Shown here: piece after piece, positions 1-7,956 of the stretch | How positions within the stretch are numbered: position 1 is the stretch's first letter | How the letters are laid out: each line of letters starts with the position of its first letter | Assembly: GCA_039800445.1 (NCBI GenBank) | Contig: JBDLQS010000054.1 | Location: 1 to 26,941 of the forward strand | DNA: 26,941 nucleotides | From: Actinomycetota bacterium | GTDB lineage: Bacteria; Actinomycetota; Actinomycetes; S36-B12; UBA5976 | Direction of reading: 5' to 3' | The notes under the pieces: model-generated | Database searches by the model: none | Seen by the model: the letters and a program-made list of their open reading frames with translations, nothing else | What the model was told of the DNA's origin: nothing | Position numbers and translations under genes: made by a program

Positions 1-927
1 AGCATCGCCCAGAAGATTAAAGGACAGAACAGCTGCCAGAAGCATGGTTAGCGGTACAAAGAAATAAAACGGATCTACCGTGAAATAGCCAACTGATTCC
101 TGCAACATTGATCCCCAGGTAGGGGTTGGCGGTACAACTGAAATACCTAAATACGCAAGTGCTGCCTCCGCGCCAATCAACCCAGGCATAGCGATGGTTG
201 CATAAACCAAGATTGGTGCCCAAAGGTTTGGAAGTAATTCACGAAATAAGATTCGGCGTTTACTTGAACCAATTGAAACCGCAGCTTCCACGAATTCACG
301 CTCACGTAACGAAAGTACTTGGCCTCGAATCAATCGCGCCAAGTAAGGCCAACCAAAAACACTTAGTACCAAAATTAAAGTTGTAATTCGGGAAGGATTT
401 CCGGCTGGCAATCCCCAAGCTTGCAGTCGCTGTTCTAAAACTGGTGACATTGCGATGATCACTAGCAGTAATGGGAATGCCAATGTGATGTCCATAAAGC
501 GACTGAGCACCGTGTCAGTGCGACCTCGCGAATAACCCGCAACGATTCCGACGATAGTTCCAACCACAACCGTGATAACTGTTGCGGATAGTGCGATGAA
601 AAGCGAAATTCTAGATCCATAGAGCAGTCTTGCAAGAATGTCTCGACCAGTTAATGGTTCAACGCCAAGCGGGTGGTCCCAAGAAACACCGCCAAATGGG
701 CCTATCGGCAAACTGCCTGCATCACTTAACAGATCTGTGTTGAAGTCATACGGATTGACCCCAACCCATCGGGAAATCAGTGGCCCAAAAATGGCAATCA
801 AAACGATGAAAGTCAATACGATCATGCTGGCTACAGCAACGCGATCTTTGCGCAGTCGGGACCAAGCTAACTGGCGCAGGGTACGCCCGACGACGGCTTG
901 TGATTCGGTGGCATCTACCAAGGTCAT
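1..927 (-). CDS. dppC: Peptide ABC transporter permease, DppC/OppC type (BldKA-like); runs off the left edge; absent from the ORF track
   Basis: Manual translation from ATG at 927 (SD-like AGGAAGG upstream): MTLVDATESQAVVGRTLRQLAWSRLRKDRVA...HPLGVEPLTGRDILARLLYGSRISL...RGQVLSLREREFVEAA (EAA loop)...PPTPTWGSML...FNLLGDA. Frame is open to position 1. Confidence 0.93.
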   Translation of the reverse strand, partial: MTLVDATESQAVVGRTLRQLAWSRLRKDRVAVASMIVLTFIVLIAIFGPLISRWVGVNPYDFNTDLLSDAGSLPIGPFGGVSWDHPLGVEPLTGRDILARLLYGSRISLFIALSATVITVVVGTIVGIVAGYSRGRTDTVLSRFMDITLAFPLLLVIIAMSPVLEQRLQAWGLPAGNPSRITTLILVLSVFGWPYLARLIRGQVLSLREREFVEAAVSIGSSKRRILFRELLPNLWAPILVYATIAMPGLIGAEAALAYLGISVVPPTPTWGSMLQESVGYFTVDPFYFFVPLTMLLAAVLSFNLLGDA

Positions 928-944
928 TGGCTGCCTTCCTAACT

Positions 945-966
945 GTTCACGCTTTGTTAACCTACG
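945..966. promoter_or_regulatory. Candidate OmpR-family (GlnR/PhoP/MtrA-type) 11-bp direct-repeat box overlapping a candidate -10 (TAGGTT, 959-964, - strand) upstream of dppC
   Basis: + strand GTTCACGCTTT GTTAACCTACG gives two 11-nt units; the second matches the Streptomyces PHO-box unit GKTCAYYYRSG at 10/11. Short motif, may be chance. Confidence 0.3.
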
Positions 967-1037
967 AAGTCTATTTGGGTTGATACCTTCGCCAATACCG
1001 AATTTGTCAGTTTGTGACTTTGCTTACGAAGGGGAAA

Positions 1038-1053
1038 CCCAGTATTTACTGGG
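1038..1053 (-). terminator. Hairpin overlapping the stop codon of the substrate-binding protein gene (terminator or mRNA-stabilising stem)
   Basis: - strand CCCAGT-AAAT-ACTGGG followed by TTTCCCCTT; the TAA stop straddles stem and loop. Confidence 0.4.
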
Positions 1054-2824
1054 AAATATCGCGCTTTCCAATGTTTACCAGGTCATATTGATTACCAAGT
1101 GCCATCTGAACGTAAACGTCGGTTAATGCGCTCGGGCGATACAAAACTATGCGATCTACCGCATATGGCAAGTAAACCGCTTCTTGCATGACCAATTCTT
1201 CAATCATTCGATTTAGCCGCGCAGCTTCGATCGGAGTCTGACTGACCTCTAAAGCATCTAGCAGATCATTGATTTCATCCAGATTGATTTCAGCAAAGTT
1301 TTGATTTGACGATGGCTTGATCTTTCTGCCGTCGATCAATGGCGCCCAAAATGAAAGTGCAGATGAATAATCTGGGCCCCAACCGGTTGAAGCGAGTCCG
1401 ATTTTCTGGGCCCCCATGGTTTCCGGAGAACCAATTCCGGTGGTGAAATACTGGGCAAAGTTTGCAAACTCAACTGGATCAACAACAATACCTACTCGAG
1501 CCAAGCTTTTCTGCACTGACAGAAATATGTCTTTACCAATTCCAATTGCAACATAGGCCATCTTTACCTGGAAGCCATCTGGGTAGCCGCATTGCGCAAG
1601 ACTGTCTCTAGCCTTTCGAATGTTTCCAGTTTCATCGCTTCCGCTTGGATATGGATTGTATGAATCGTCATGTCCCAAAATTGTTGGCGGACTCAATGAA
1701 TGAGCAATAGCTGCAGTGGCACTTCCACCTCGGACATTTTGAAGATCTGCTTTGTCTAATGCATAAAAGATTGCGTCCCGACATGGTGCTCGATCTAGTG
1801 GTGGGATATCTGGGTTAACCACAATGAAATTAACAAAGCTCATTTCTGGATTATCAATTAGAGATCTCTGAGACTCTTCTGCCAGCATTGCATCTCGCGC
1901 CGCTGGAGCTAGCCCATAGTTCAACTTCACATCTATCTCACCATTCAATAGCGCCTGATCTGTGCTATCGGCATCAGGGAAAATTCTCCAAGACATGGCA
2001 TCCACTTTTGGAATTCGAATTCCGTCTGATTCCTGACTCCAGAGTTCGTTCTTGGTAAAGGAATACTGAGAATCAGCTTGGTCGATCGTAATTACAAAGG
2101 GGCCATTTGATGCTGGATTAGTTGCATAGGTCGCCCCACCAGCGCGCAATGTTATGTCACGCGTCATTTGAATTGGGGCAAATTGCGGCGTTGCGAGTAG
2201 TCGCGAAAATTCGTGGAAAGAACGATTCAAATTAAAGGTGATTGTTGATTCATCTAAGGTAACAATCGAAGTTAGGTCGTCTGTTGGGGAGACGTATGGG
2301 CCTTGGTAGTCAGGCTTACCAGCGCTACATGTACTCAACAAGCACAAAGTGTCCAGAGCAATGGGGCTTTGAAGTGAATCATCAAACAAGCGTTGGATCG
2401 AATACTTTATGTCAGTTGATGTAACTGCCGACCCATCATTCCAGAATGCATCCGGTCGAATCTTAAATGTCCACATTGACTTGTCAGAATTTGTAATCGG
2501 TAAATCGGACGCCAAGTCCGGGACCACAACTAAACCTTGCTCACCGGGTTTGCCAGCAAATGCCATCAGGTTTCTGGAAAAAGTTCGGTGCACTACTGCG
2601 CACCAAGGATCAAACGTCTGAGCCGGATCAAGTGAGTCACACGGCGTAGAAGATCCGATTCGAAGCAGGCCGCCTGGGGAATCACCACTGCCAACTGTCC
2701 GAGTTAAGCCGGCATTAAATCCACCCGGAGAGTTCACAACAATCATCGAACCGCTTAACAAGGCGACACTAGCAATTGCTACAACTGCAAAGGTTCCAAC
2801 TTTTTTCCAGGGGCTTGACTTCAT
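1046..2824 (-). CDS. ABC transporter family 5 (peptide) substrate-binding protein, 592 aa
   Basis: DSLDPAQ, PDLA, WTFKIRPDAFWNDGSAVTSTDIKYSIQR, NGPF and RxAIxYALDK motifs of DppA/OppA/BldKB-type proteins; N-terminal hydrophobic anchor; upstream of dppC. Confidence 0.93.
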   Translation of the reverse strand: MKSSPWKKVGTFAVVAIASVALLSGSMIVVNSPGGFNAGLTRTVGSGDSPGGLLRIGSSTPCDSLDPAQTFDPWCAVVHRTFSRNLMAFAGKPGEQGLVVVPDLASDLPITNSDKSMWTFKIRPDAFWNDGSAVTSTDIKYSIQRLFDDSLQSPIALDTLCLLSTCSAGKPDYQGPYVSPTDDLTSIVTLDESTITFNLNRSFHEFSRLLATPQFAPIQMTRDITLRAGGATYATNPASNGPFVITIDQADSQYSFTKNELWSQESDGIRIPKVDAMSWRIFPDADSTDQALLNGEIDVKLNYGLAPAARDAMLAEESQRSLIDNPEMSFVNFIVVNPDIPPLDRAPCRDAIFYALDKADLQNVRGGSATAAIAHSLSPPTILGHDDSYNPYPSGSDETGNIRKARDSLAQCGYPDGFQVKMAYVAIGIGKDIFLSVQKSLARVGIVVDPVEFANFAQYFTTGIGSPETMGAQKIGLASTGWGPDYSSALSFWAPLIDGRKIKPSSNQNFAEINLDEINDLLDALEVSQTPIEAARLNRMIEELVMQEAVYLPYAVDRIVLYRPSALTDVYVQMALGNQYDLVNIGKRDISQ

Positions 2825-2830
2825 CTCACC

Positions 2831-2836
2831 AACCTA
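2831..2836 (-). promoter_or_regulatory. Candidate -10 element (TAGGTT) of a leaderless promoter; its first three bases are the typA TAG stop
   Basis: - strand TAGGTT-GGTGAG-ATG: TANNNT exactly 6 nt before the start codon. Confidence 0.5.
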
Positions 2837-4705
2837 GTTATTGCGGGCTTTCGTTCGATTACGATCGCGATCAACTTTTGCCAGTGCGACTTTACGGATT
2901 CGCACTGCAGTCGGTGTTACCTCTACGCACTCATCTTCGCGACAGAATTCCAGTGCCTGCTCAAGGCTTAATTGCTTGGCTGGAATTAGACGCTCAAGTT
3001 CATCCCCAGTTGCAGAACGCACGTTCGTCAGCTTCTTTTCTCGAACTACGTTAACGTCCATGTCTTCAGCACGAGCATTTTCACCAATGATCATGCCTTC
3101 GTAAACTTCAGTCGTTGGTGAAACGAATAAAGTGCCTCGCTCTTGTAGGCCAAAGCAAGCATAAGAAGTAACTGCGCCACGTCGATCGGAAACTAGCGAT
3201 CCAGATGGCCGAGTACGTAATTCACCAAACCATGGCTCGTACTTTTCAAAGATGTGATGCATCAGGCCAGTGCCACGAGTTTCAGTAAGGAACTCAGTGC
3301 GGAAACCAATTAGGCCACGAGCTGGAACGATGTATTCCATGCGAACCCAACCCGTTCCATGGTTAACCATTTGTTCTAGACGGCCTTTACGCAAACCTAA
3401 TAGTTGAGTTACCACACCCACATAATCTTCTGGAACGTCGATTGTCAGACGCTCCATCGGTTCGTGAATCTTGCCACCAATTTCCTTGGTCACAACTTGT
3501 GGTTTTCCAACCGTCATTTCAAACTTTTCACGGCGCATAAGTTCGACGAGCACCGCTAGCTGAAGTTCCCCGCGGCCCTGCACTTCCCAAGTATCAGGTC
3601 GCTCTGTCTCAAGTACGCGAATCGAAACGTTTCCAACCAACTCGGCTTCAAGTCGAGTCTTGAGTAGTCGTGCGGTTACTTTGCTACCGGTCTCACCCGC
3701 AAGCGGTGAGCTATTGATTCCGATAGTCATGGAAATTGATGGTTCATCAATTACAAATAGTGGCAATGCAATTGGGTTGTCTGGGTCAGCCAAGGTTTCA
3801 CCGATTGTGATGGTTTCAAAACCAGAAACCGCAATGATGTCACCAGGACCAGCTGAATCCACTGGGATGCGATCGAGAGCTTCTGTCATTAATAGTTCGA
3901 CAATTTTTCCACGCTCAGTTGTGCCATCGGATTTCATCCAAGCAACTTGTTGTCCCTTGTTGATGTTTCCATTGATCACGCGACATAGTGCTAGACGACC
4001 CAAGTATGGAGATGAATCAAGGTTTGTAACGTGAGCCTGAAGTGGAGCCTCTGGATCGTATGTTGGTGCTGGAATGCTTCCAATCAATGTGGCAAATAAC
4101 GGCTCAAGATCTTCTTCATCAGGCATGCCGCCATCAACTGGGCGAGTTAGTGAAGCGCGCCCAGCTTTAGCTGAGGCATAAACGATCGGAAACTGGATTT
4201 GTTCTTCATCCGCATCAAGGTCGAAAAATAGTTCATACGTCTCGTCGACAACTTCTGCGATGCGAGCATCTGGTCGGTCAACTTTATTAATCAGAAGAAT
4301 TACTGGAAGTCGTTTTTGTAAAGCCTTGCGAAGTACGAAACGAGTCTGTGGCAGTGGGCCTTCACTTGCATCAACAAGTAGAACGACACCATCAACCATT
4401 TCTAGGCCGCGCTCGACTTCTCCACCAAAGTCAGCGTGACCTGGAGTGTCAATGATGTTTAGTGTGACGCCACCCGCTTGAGCTGCTGGCCCTACGTATC
4501 GCACGGCAGTGTTCTTTGCCAGGATGGTAATTCCCTTTTCACGCTCCAAGTCCATGGAATCCATGACGCGGTCATTTACGTCTTGGTTTGCGCGGAAAGC
4601 TCCAGATTGCCAAAGCATGGCATCTACGAGCGTGGTTTTTCCATGGTCAACGTGGGCGATGATTGCAACATTTCGAAGGTCGTTGCGGACAGCAGATTGG
4701 GTCAC
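2834..4705 (-). CDS. typA: Translational GTPase TypA/BipA, 623 aa (GTG start)
   Basis: AHVDHGKTTLVD, REKGITI, DTPGHADFGGEVER, NKVD, GRGELQL and the BipA C-terminal EYIEVTP-like ECVEVTPTAVRIRK. Confidence 0.98.
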   Translation of the reverse strand: MTQSAVRNDLRNVAIIAHVDHGKTTLVDAMLWQSGAFRANQDVNDRVMDSMDLEREKGITILAKNTAVRYVGPAAQAGGVTLNIIDTPGHADFGGEVERGLEMVDGVVLLVDASEGPLPQTRFVLRKALQKRLPVILLINKVDRPDARIAEVVDETYELFFDLDADEEQIQFPIVYASAKAGRASLTRPVDGGMPDEEDLEPLFATLIGSIPAPTYDPEAPLQAHVTNLDSSPYLGRLALCRVINGNINKGQQVAWMKSDGTTERGKIVELLMTEALDRIPVDSAGPGDIIAVSGFETITIGETLADPDNPIALPLFVIDEPSISMTIGINSSPLAGETGSKVTARLLKTRLEAELVGNVSIRVLETERPDTWEVQGRGELQLAVLVELMRREKFEMTVGKPQVVTKEIGGKIHEPMERLTIDVPEDYVGVVTQLLGLRKGRLEQMVNHGTGWVRMEYIVPARGLIGFRTEFLTETRGTGLMHHIFEKYEPWFGELRTRPSGSLVSDRRGAVTSYACFGLQERGTLFVSPTTEVYEGMIIGENARAEDMDVNVVREKKLTNVRSATGDELERLIPAKQLSLEQALEFCREDECVEVTPTAVRIRKVALAKVDRDRNRTKARNN

Positions 4706-4798
4706 TGTCCTTATTCTAGTTGAGAAATATCGCGCTAATGAACCACGTAAGCCCAGCCTTTAAGCGCAACGGCTCTAAAGTGGACATGAGGCCAAATC

Positions 4799-5818
4799 AT
4801 GACATCACACCTAAATCCCCCGCGCGCATCCATAAATTTTGTTTGGCAGCACCATAGAAATTACGCCTACATTCAGGAGCAAATATTTGACCTGATTGAA
4901 GCATGTTTGCCTAAGGGAACTGTGGTTCACACGGTTGGTGATGCCGTTGAAGGAGCCTTAAGCCTTTCTTTGTTCATCCGACAGAGTCGCGAGGAGATTG
5001 CTGCCACCCCTGCCGACATTGTGATGGCTCACGGAATTGCGGATAAGCGATACTTCTTTATTGTTGGCGGCGACGACTTACCATTAGTTAACAGTTGTAA
5101 ATACGTGTTTATTCCGGGCGATTGGCACGTTAATCGATTAGTTGAAGGTAGATTTCGTCGTAATCCAAAATATCAATTGACTTTGCAAGATAGCCAAATT
5201 CGCAAGGTGGGTTGGCTAAGACTTGATCCGATGATCGAGGCAACAAAGCGCTTAGCTCCAGCTACACATCGCAGGCTGAAAGTTTTGTGGGCACCAACTC
5301 ATAACACAATTTCAAGCACTAAATCAGACTCAGACTTATCCCCATCAAGTTTTCCAGCATTCAAAAAACATTTACCTTGGCTCTATTTGAAATATCAGAG
5401 TGATGTTTCGCTTCACCCTCGCAATCGAGGAACTAAAACTCCAACAACTGAGAAGTTGATTGCTAGCGATGTCGTCATTTCCGACTTTGGCACAATGGTG
5501 TTTGAAAGTTGGGCGCTTGGTAAACCAGTGATTTTTCCACGCTGGTGTATTGATGTGAAAACCTTGATGGAACGCAATCCACTCAGTGCTGAGGCATATA
5601 TCTATCGCAATCGAATTGGGCTGCACCCAGAAACTCCAAAAGAGATGCATCGAATGCTGCGTGATATAGATCGGATGCGATTTGAAGACCCAAACTTTGA
5701 TTCCCGCGGAACTGGCGTGGCAGAGTTCATTGATCACTACATTGATCCTGCGGAACGTGGTTTTGACGCCAAACGAACTGCACAGGAATTGATTTCAATT
5801 TTGAGTGAGGTCTCGTGA
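4799..5818 (+). CDS. CDP-glycerol glycerophosphotransferase (TagF/TagB-like, GT-B fold) family protein, paralog 1, 339 aa
   Basis: Ordered TagF-family motifs: AHGIADK (cf. HGTPLK), VGWLRLD (cf. GYPRND), VLWAPTH (cf. ILYAPT), LHPRN, SDVVISDFGTMVFESWALGKPVIF (cf. SDxLITDYSSxxFEFxxLxKPxIF). Confidence 0.75.
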   Translation: MTSHLNPPRASINFVWQHHRNYAYIQEQIFDLIEACLPKGTVVHTVGDAVEGALSLSLFIRQSREEIAATPADIVMAHGIADKRYFFIVGGDDLPLVNSCKYVFIPGDWHVNRLVEGRFRRNPKYQLTLQDSQIRKVGWLRLDPMIEATKRLAPATHRRLKVLWAPTHNTISSTKSDSDLSPSSFPAFKKHLPWLYLKYQSDVSLHPRNRGTKTPTTEKLIASDVVISDFGTMVFESWALGKPVIFPRWCIDVKTLMERNPLSAEAYIYRNRIGLHPETPKEMHRMLRDIDRMRFEDPNFDSRGTGVAEFIDHYIDPAERGFDAKRTAQELISILSEVS

Positions 5819-6921
5819 GTGAATCACTTAAACATGACTTAAAACCTGGTGCAATAAATTTTTGTTGGATCTACAGCAAGACATATGCAAATGTGCAAGA
5901 ACAGATTTTTAATCTAATCGAAGCTCAGTTGCCACCTGGTTCAGTAAGTCACTCAATTGAAGATGCAATAGAAGGTGCAGTAAACCTCTCACTATTTATT
6001 CGGCAAGGACGAGAGCTTGAAGATGCGCATCGGGTGCCAGCTGATGTGATTTTGGCTCATGGCATTGCAGATAAGCGTTACTTCTTCACCCAAGATTCAA
6101 CAACGTCACTGCCGCTGGCAAATGAATATGATTTTTTGCTGGTACCCGGTGCTTGGCACGTAAACCGATTGATCGAGGGTACGTACCGAAAGAACCCCCA
6201 CTACCAAATCAAAGTTTTGGAATCGCAAATCAAAAAGGTTGGTTGGTTGCGATTAGATGCATTATTTGAGGAAGCTAAAACTCGGGATAAAGAGCCACAT
6301 CATCGTCTGCGCTTACTTTGGGCTCCGACCCACAACGTAATCCCTCGCACAAATGAGCAAACTGTCGACGCACTTGCGCCATCCAGCCTTCCCGGATTTA
6401 AACCGCATGTTAAGCAAATGGCTGCAAGATACATCTTCCGCGTCTCACTGCATCCGCGAAATCGATCAGATCGAAAGCCAACTGGAAGTCAATTAGTTTG
6501 GTCAGATGTTGTGATTAGTGACTTTGGCACCATGGTTTACGAAGCTTGGGCGCTTGGCAAACCGGTAATCTTCCCGCGTTGGGCTATGGATGTTGACACC
6601 TTGATTAACCGAAATCCATTGAGTGCAGAGTCCTACATTTATCGAAATCGAATTGGTTTGCATCCGGAGTCGCTAGCCGAAATGCAAGACATGCTCGATC
6701 AAATCCAAAGACAGATTATTGGCAATCGTATTACGCGAACTCTGAAGCGATTTACTCGAATCAAGACACATCGCAAGGATGCAAGTGATCTTCGTGGGCC
6801 AGGGGTAAAGGAATTCATCGCGCACTATGTAGATCCTGAACAACAGGGAAACGATGCAAAGCGCACTGCAGATGTCCTAGTTGAAATTGCTAATCTACCT
6901 AAATACCAGAATTCAAAATAG
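5815..6921 (+). CDS. CDP-glycerol glycerophosphotransferase (TagF/TagB-like) family protein, paralog 2, 368 aa (GTG start overlapping the upstream TGA)
   Basis: Same motif set (AHGIADK, VGWLRLD, LLWAPTH, LHPRN, SDVVISDFGTMVYEAWALGKPVIF). Aligns end to end with paralog 1. GTGA overlap at 5815-5818. Confidence 0.75.
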   Translation: MSESLKHDLKPGAINFCWIYSKTYANVQEQIFNLIEAQLPPGSVSHSIEDAIEGAVNLSLFIRQGRELEDAHRVPADVILAHGIADKRYFFTQDSTTSLPLANEYDFLLVPGAWHVNRLIEGTYRKNPHYQIKVLESQIKKVGWLRLDALFEEAKTRDKEPHHRLRLLWAPTHNVIPRTNEQTVDALAPSSLPGFKPHVKQMAARYIFRVSLHPRNRSDRKPTGSQLVWSDVVISDFGTMVYEAWALGKPVIFPRWAMDVDTLINRNPLSAESYIYRNRIGLHPESLAEMQDMLDQIQRQIIGNRITRTLKRFTRIKTHRKDASDLRGPGVKEFIAHYVDPEQQGNDAKRTADVLVEIANLPKYQNSK

Positions 6922-6979
6922 TTCTAAATCACCATAATTCTTGGCAAGTTCTTAACTGTGTGGCAATTAGCATGAATCT

Positions 6980-7870
6980 ATGCGCACTCATCATCTGGTT
7001 CCAGTTGTTACGGTTACTTTTGCCGCACTAATTGCATCAACCATCCAACCTGCGCAGGCAAAATCCTCAGTAACCATCGTTGCTGTGGGTGACATTGCAA
7101 AGTCGCGTGGTGGCCAGGCAAAGACCGCTGCTTTAACAAAAAATTTAAAGCCCCAACAAGTACTGCTTTTAGGTGACTTGGTTTACCAAAGTGGAACAGA
7201 CAAAGAATTTAGAAAGTATTTTCTGCCAAAGTGGAAGAGTCTGCTTTCAAAGAGCTGGGCAGTCCCTGGCAATCATGAATATCGAACTGCAAATGCCGCT
7301 GGATATCGAAATTTGATTACCCAGAATGCAATGCCTGCAACTGGTGAAGATCTTTGGTGGGTTAAACAAACTGGTAGTTGGTCTGTCATCGGATTAGATA
7401 GTGAAGTTTTGACTGGCGCAACAGGCGAAAAGCAAATTGAATTTTTGAAGCAAGCCTTACTTGATAATGATGGCCGTCCAACTCTCGTCACTTGGCATCG
7501 GCCAACATTCTCTCGTGGTCACCATGGAGATCAGACAGACACCGCAAGTCTTTGGAATCTGGTAAGTGCTGATCAAGATGTGAAGTTAGTTTTATGGGCC
7601 CATGATCACAATTACGAACAAGTGGAGCGCACAGTTCAATCTGGTACTGGCATCGAGCGAAAAGTGAACACTATTGTCGTCGGCACAGGTGGCGCTGACT
7701 TGCGAAGGTGCAAGACGCCAAACATTCCTGGTGAATTAATTTGTGGTAAGAAAAACAACTTCGGCGTACTGCAGTTAAAGCTTTCGGAATCTGGATACTC
7801 CTGGTCTTACCGAAATGCCAACGGCAAAAAACTTGGTCGGCAATTAGATAGTGGAAGAGTTAACTTCTAG
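6980..7870 (+). CDS. Secreted calcineurin-like metallophosphoesterase (purple acid phosphatase-like), 296 aa
   Basis: Signal peptide ending AQA|K; metal-binding motifs in order VGD, LGDLVY, PGNHEY, TWHRP, AHDHNY. Confidence 0.9.
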   Translation: MRTHHLVPVVTVTFAALIASTIQPAQAKSSVTIVAVGDIAKSRGGQAKTAALTKNLKPQQVLLLGDLVYQSGTDKEFRKYFLPKWKSLLSKSWAVPGNHEYRTANAAGYRNLITQNAMPATGEDLWWVKQTGSWSVIGLDSEVLTGATGEKQIEFLKQALLDNDGRPTLVTWHRPTFSRGHHGDQTDTASLWNLVSADQDVKLVLWAHDHNYEQVERTVQSGTGIERKVNTIVVGTGGADLRRCKTPNIPGELICGKKNNFGVLQLKLSESGYSWSYRNANGKKLGRQLDSGRVNF

Positions 7871-7942
7871 ATTCAACTAAACGTTGCTAACTCTGAAATT
7901 CAGCAGTGCTTACTGGTTGAATTTAGATTCAACTAAACGTTG
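7868..7942. repeat. Perfect 19-bp direct repeat TAGATTCAACTAAACGTTG (7868-7886 and 7924-7942), 37-nt spacer
   Basis: Read directly. Copy 1 begins at the phosphoesterase TAG stop; copy 2 spans the ychF stop. Confidence 0.95.
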
Positions 7943-7956
7943 AATCTAAATTCAAC
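7916..7956. terminator. Perfect 18-bp inverted repeat with 5-nt loop; probable bidirectional terminator between convergent genes
   Basis: GTTGAATTTAGATTCAAC-TAAAC-GTTGAATCTAAATTCAAC. The right arm is ychF coding sequence (VEFRFN). No long U-tract, so terminator function is inferred. Confidence 0.6.

Noticed and set aside
638-1126. 162-aa + strand ORF
   Set aside because: Antisense shadow of dppC and the SBP gene; no recognisable motifs.
4706-4798. Second att-like copy of the ychF-end repeat on the typA side of the cassette
   Set aside because: Only a 7-nt match (TAGTTGA) was found, which is not significant; the cassette cannot be called a bounded mobile element.
5810-5825. Programmed frameshift or readthrough fusing the TagF-like paralogs
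   Set aside because: No slippery sequence; a GTGA overlap is ordinary translational coupling, and both proteins are full-length homologs.
7868-7956. CRISPR mini-array reading of the palindromic repeats with a 37-nt spacer
   Set aside because: Only two 19-bp copies, one inside ychF coding sequence; no cas genes or leader.
7916-7956. dif site
   Set aside because: Arms are 18 bp with a 5-bp centre and show no resemblance to the XerC/XerD 11-6-11 consensus.
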